A stretch of DNA of 64,000 bases, taken from contig JALDZX010000019.1 of NCBI GenBank assembly GCA_022813865.1, positions 124,001 to 188,000 on the forward strand, read 5' to 3'. The DNA is from Xylographa opegraphella (lineage: Eukaryota). This document shows, piece after piece, positions 61,045-64,000 of the stretch. The notes beneath the pieces are model-generated. The model ran no database searches. It was not told where the DNA came from and was given only the letters and a program-made list of their open reading frames with translations. The number at the start of each line of letters is the position of its first letter. Within the stretch, counting starts at the first letter, position 1. The translations under genes were made by a program, and so were the position numbers.

Positions 61045-61862
61045 TTCGAATCCTTTTGTTTAGCGTTCAATATTTGTTCAATCGCCAAAACTTTCCACTA
61101 GCGGCCGCTTATCTTAGCTCCGGAGCGGGGTGGAGGATATCTCCGATCATGACAGCCCTACAGAATTATATTGCAAGTCTCGTCGTCTAAACACCTAGGT
61201 ATGTTGCGTCCACAAACTCCACAAAGATCTGGAGAGGCCAGCGAGAAAGTGAGGAGTTTATGAACGGGCAATCTCACTTGATTGCCTCCACAGCAAAGCT
61301 TGGAGATCAAGACTACGATCTTCGCGACTAAGGGGAAATCTCTTGAATCCGCGGTGGCTGCATATTTTACATGGAAAGTCAACATCAGAAGAGCTGAATA
61401 GGCTCGGGTCATTGTATATGATGCTATGTACTATGCCGACGTTCCATCGCTCGTCCAATTTTGTTAATTTCGAGGTCCTCGTAGTGCTATAAGCAGAGAG
61501 AAATCGAGTTCGAATCGCAACTGCGTGTGTGCAGATCTAGCTCCAGCCTTCCCAGCAATATCAGCTCCCTTCTCATTGCAAGATTTCCCATCCTCTGATG
61601 ATAGGCAAGACGGCCAGTGACAATAGTGTAACAGCAGCGCGGAAGTGAGAAACGCCTCAGGCCCCAGTCTGAGCTTTGAGGTCCCTTGAAATTTGAGAGA
61701 ATTTGTCGGAAGGCATAGCTCCATATAATGAGGACATACGATACACAATATGTACCATGGCAATAACAATTCCCTAGCTAGCCACTTTCATGTCACGTCA
61801 CCACAGCGCCAGTCAATGCATCAAACCTCGCCATGTCAAGTGCTAACCAACAAGCAAGTTCA

Positions 61863-64000
61863 CTACGCTGGTTCCGACCAATCTACCTGGTCCGTCACTG
61901 GAGGCATACCATCCTTCGTGTAACTGACTTTGATCCGTAGTCTTAATTTAGCAGGGAGTGCCTGAGATGTATGTTAGAAGATTTCGGATTTAGAGCATGA
62001 AAGAGTTTTACCCCAGTTGCAGCAGTAATTCTCATTTGTTGTACTGCTTCCTCACCACCATCCAGCTCGGCTTTACTTATAGCGTTAAGCTGCAGTTTCT
62101 GAGATTTCGGCACAGCTGCTTGCAGACCGACGCTTGAGAATCTATCGAAGTTGCTGTCATTCCGAAATCTTGCGAGGACTTGTGCTACTCCAGCATTCCT
62201 CTGCACCTGGAGCGTGAGGCTAATATTATTTTTGTTATAAGCTTGATGAGTAGGTGGAGCACTTGCTGTGGGCTGAGATATTTCTCCTAGGAGATCGTTG
62301 AGGCCTGAAGAGCTTTGTGGTGGAGGCGCAGCGTAGCCATTGGGTGTTGAGGAATCCTGGGAGCCAAACAATCCCAGGATATCTTGAGCATTGGATCTGT
62401 TTGATGATGTAGGCAGCGGCGATGAACCTCCGCCGCCTAGTATGTCTGCTAGCAGATTTGCATTGTTCTGCGAGCCATTAGTGCTGGGAGTGAAATCGGT
62501 AGTACCTCCCATAAGATCGAGGAGATCGTCATGTTTGGTCTGCTTGATTGACTGCTTCGCCTTCGCAGCAGCCTTCTTTTGCCTTGCGGAAGCTTCACCA
62601 AAAACACGCTGCTCGTCGTGGATCTCAGGTGGTGGCATTCGTTCCAAGACACCCCGCCGTATTTGATCATAACCAAACAGATTCGTGTATTCAACCGCTC
62701 TTTGCTGAATTTCTACACTGAGATCAGCTGCTCTACTGGAGAGCAGCCTTCGTAAACGGTCTATCTGAGCAGGTTGTTGGAGGCGCGTGGTGAGTTTCAT
62801 GACTGAGGTGACCAGGTATTCGGTAACCACAGGTGAAGAGTAGCCGCTGCTGAGTATCGTGGTAAAGAGGTCCACTATTTCACTCTCCTCTACCTTTTGA
62901 ACCAACTCGGCTTCTTCATATCCTCCACCTCGTACAAGAGCATCGCCATATTCGCCGATCACCCAGGCAGCTGCTAGTGTAAGACCCTCCTGCGTGATAT
63001 CCTCCTTCAAACTGGCGTACAGTTTCTGTACACAATATGTCTGCTGGTCGGGACTCGTGGCGATTAGGCGAACGAATGATGATAATATCTGTTCTTTGAC
63101 ATAGTTTCCGGCAAGCTTCAGCATGCGAAGCATGGTGTCGACGTGCCATCGTTTGTTGGGTGCATATCGATCCGCAGCTACACCAATTTGACTGGTCATG
63201 ATTGGCTTGAATTCGTTATCTGCTACTTCTAAGAATGCAAGCAACTCTCGTATCAGCAGGCTGACATTTCCGGCGTTGATCAACGTGAAGCTCAGATCAA
63301 GTGCTCGTCTTCGTATACTAATATCAGGATCTCTAAGACAGTCCAGGATCGTGTTCCGATGACGTTGAACAGCGTTTGGCTCGACTGCGACAACCTTGAT
63401 GAGAGTATTGAGAGCGACGTATCGTATGTTATTGTCTTTGTTGGCGAGGAATTTGCCCAGAATATTCACACCCAGAACTCGGAGACCCGAGTCTGCCTCA
63501 ATCTCTAAAATTGTAAGCACAGCTTCGTATAATATCGAGTTCCCAACGTTTTTAGATGAGTCGGTATTGGTAGCCACTTGAGCTAGTATATCGTTGATCT
63601 GTTCGCTAGTGGCCGCGTCTCCCTTGCCCAAAACCCGAAGCAGCCTCAAGATTCTGACTTGTACAAACGGATCCGTGATTCCAGTAACATCATGCTCTGG
63701 CGCATATCCCGAGCTTGCCAATGCTTTCAATGTCTTCACAAGAGGCCCCACAAGAGGCCTGAATATTTCCACAGCCCCTTCCTCTCCACCTTCTGCTTCA
63801 TCGGCCTCACACATGCTTGTCACGAGTGTCAGTCCACAGAGCAAGACGCCGTGGTTCCTATCATTGAGTAATAGCTTGGCATTGTCCACAAAATGCTCCT
63901 GCAGATCTGGAACTTTGCGGCATATTCTCATGGCGCACAGAGCAGCTTTCCGCCTGATATAGGGGTTTGATGTTGTGATGAGCTTTTCGATCTCTGGGAA
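61863..64000 (-). CDS. APL4: AP-1 clathrin adaptor gamma-1 adaptin (5' end lies outside the window)
   Basis: Motifs YAPEHDVTGITDPFVQ, NVGNSILYE, DNNIRYVAL, DISIRRRAL, ear-domain QAAVPKSQKLQL. Last intron 62011-61962 gives ALPAKLRLRIKVSY...WSEPA*. Confidence 0.96.

Overview
Gene-dense genomic DNA from a filamentous ascomycete (Pezizomycotina), judged from short GT-AG introns with CTRAC/CTAAT branch points and from gene content. About 24 protein-coding loci were reconstructed by hand. The first ~13.5 kb looks accessory: a doubly frameshifted HET-domain gene, an MDR quinone-reductase, an orphan with a duplicated domain and an 18-bp repeat, a protealysin-like M4 protease, a frameshifted RNase H and an F-box-like ORF. 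The rest is mostly conserved housekeeping genes: DAL5-type MFS, HUT1, DUF2985, GH5 endoglucanase, SLC35F6-like, ankyrin, MED15, LMBR1, TeaR, AIM18, glutaredoxin, DnaJ, DYS1, NOP2 and AP-1 gamma-adaptin. I found no tRNA, rRNA, CRISPR array or intact transposon. The most notable observations are: (1) a probable AUU-initiated mitochondrial isoform of glutaredoxin; (2) a USP7/Ubp15-like protein with a dead catalytic site fused to MORN repeats and a RING finger; (3) a 7-exon, all-phase-0, microexon-containing gene for a secreted K/E/D/H polyampholyte that the ORF track misses; (4) repeated GC-rich, strand-skewed islands centred on convergent gene ends. All family calls come from motif recognition, not database searches.
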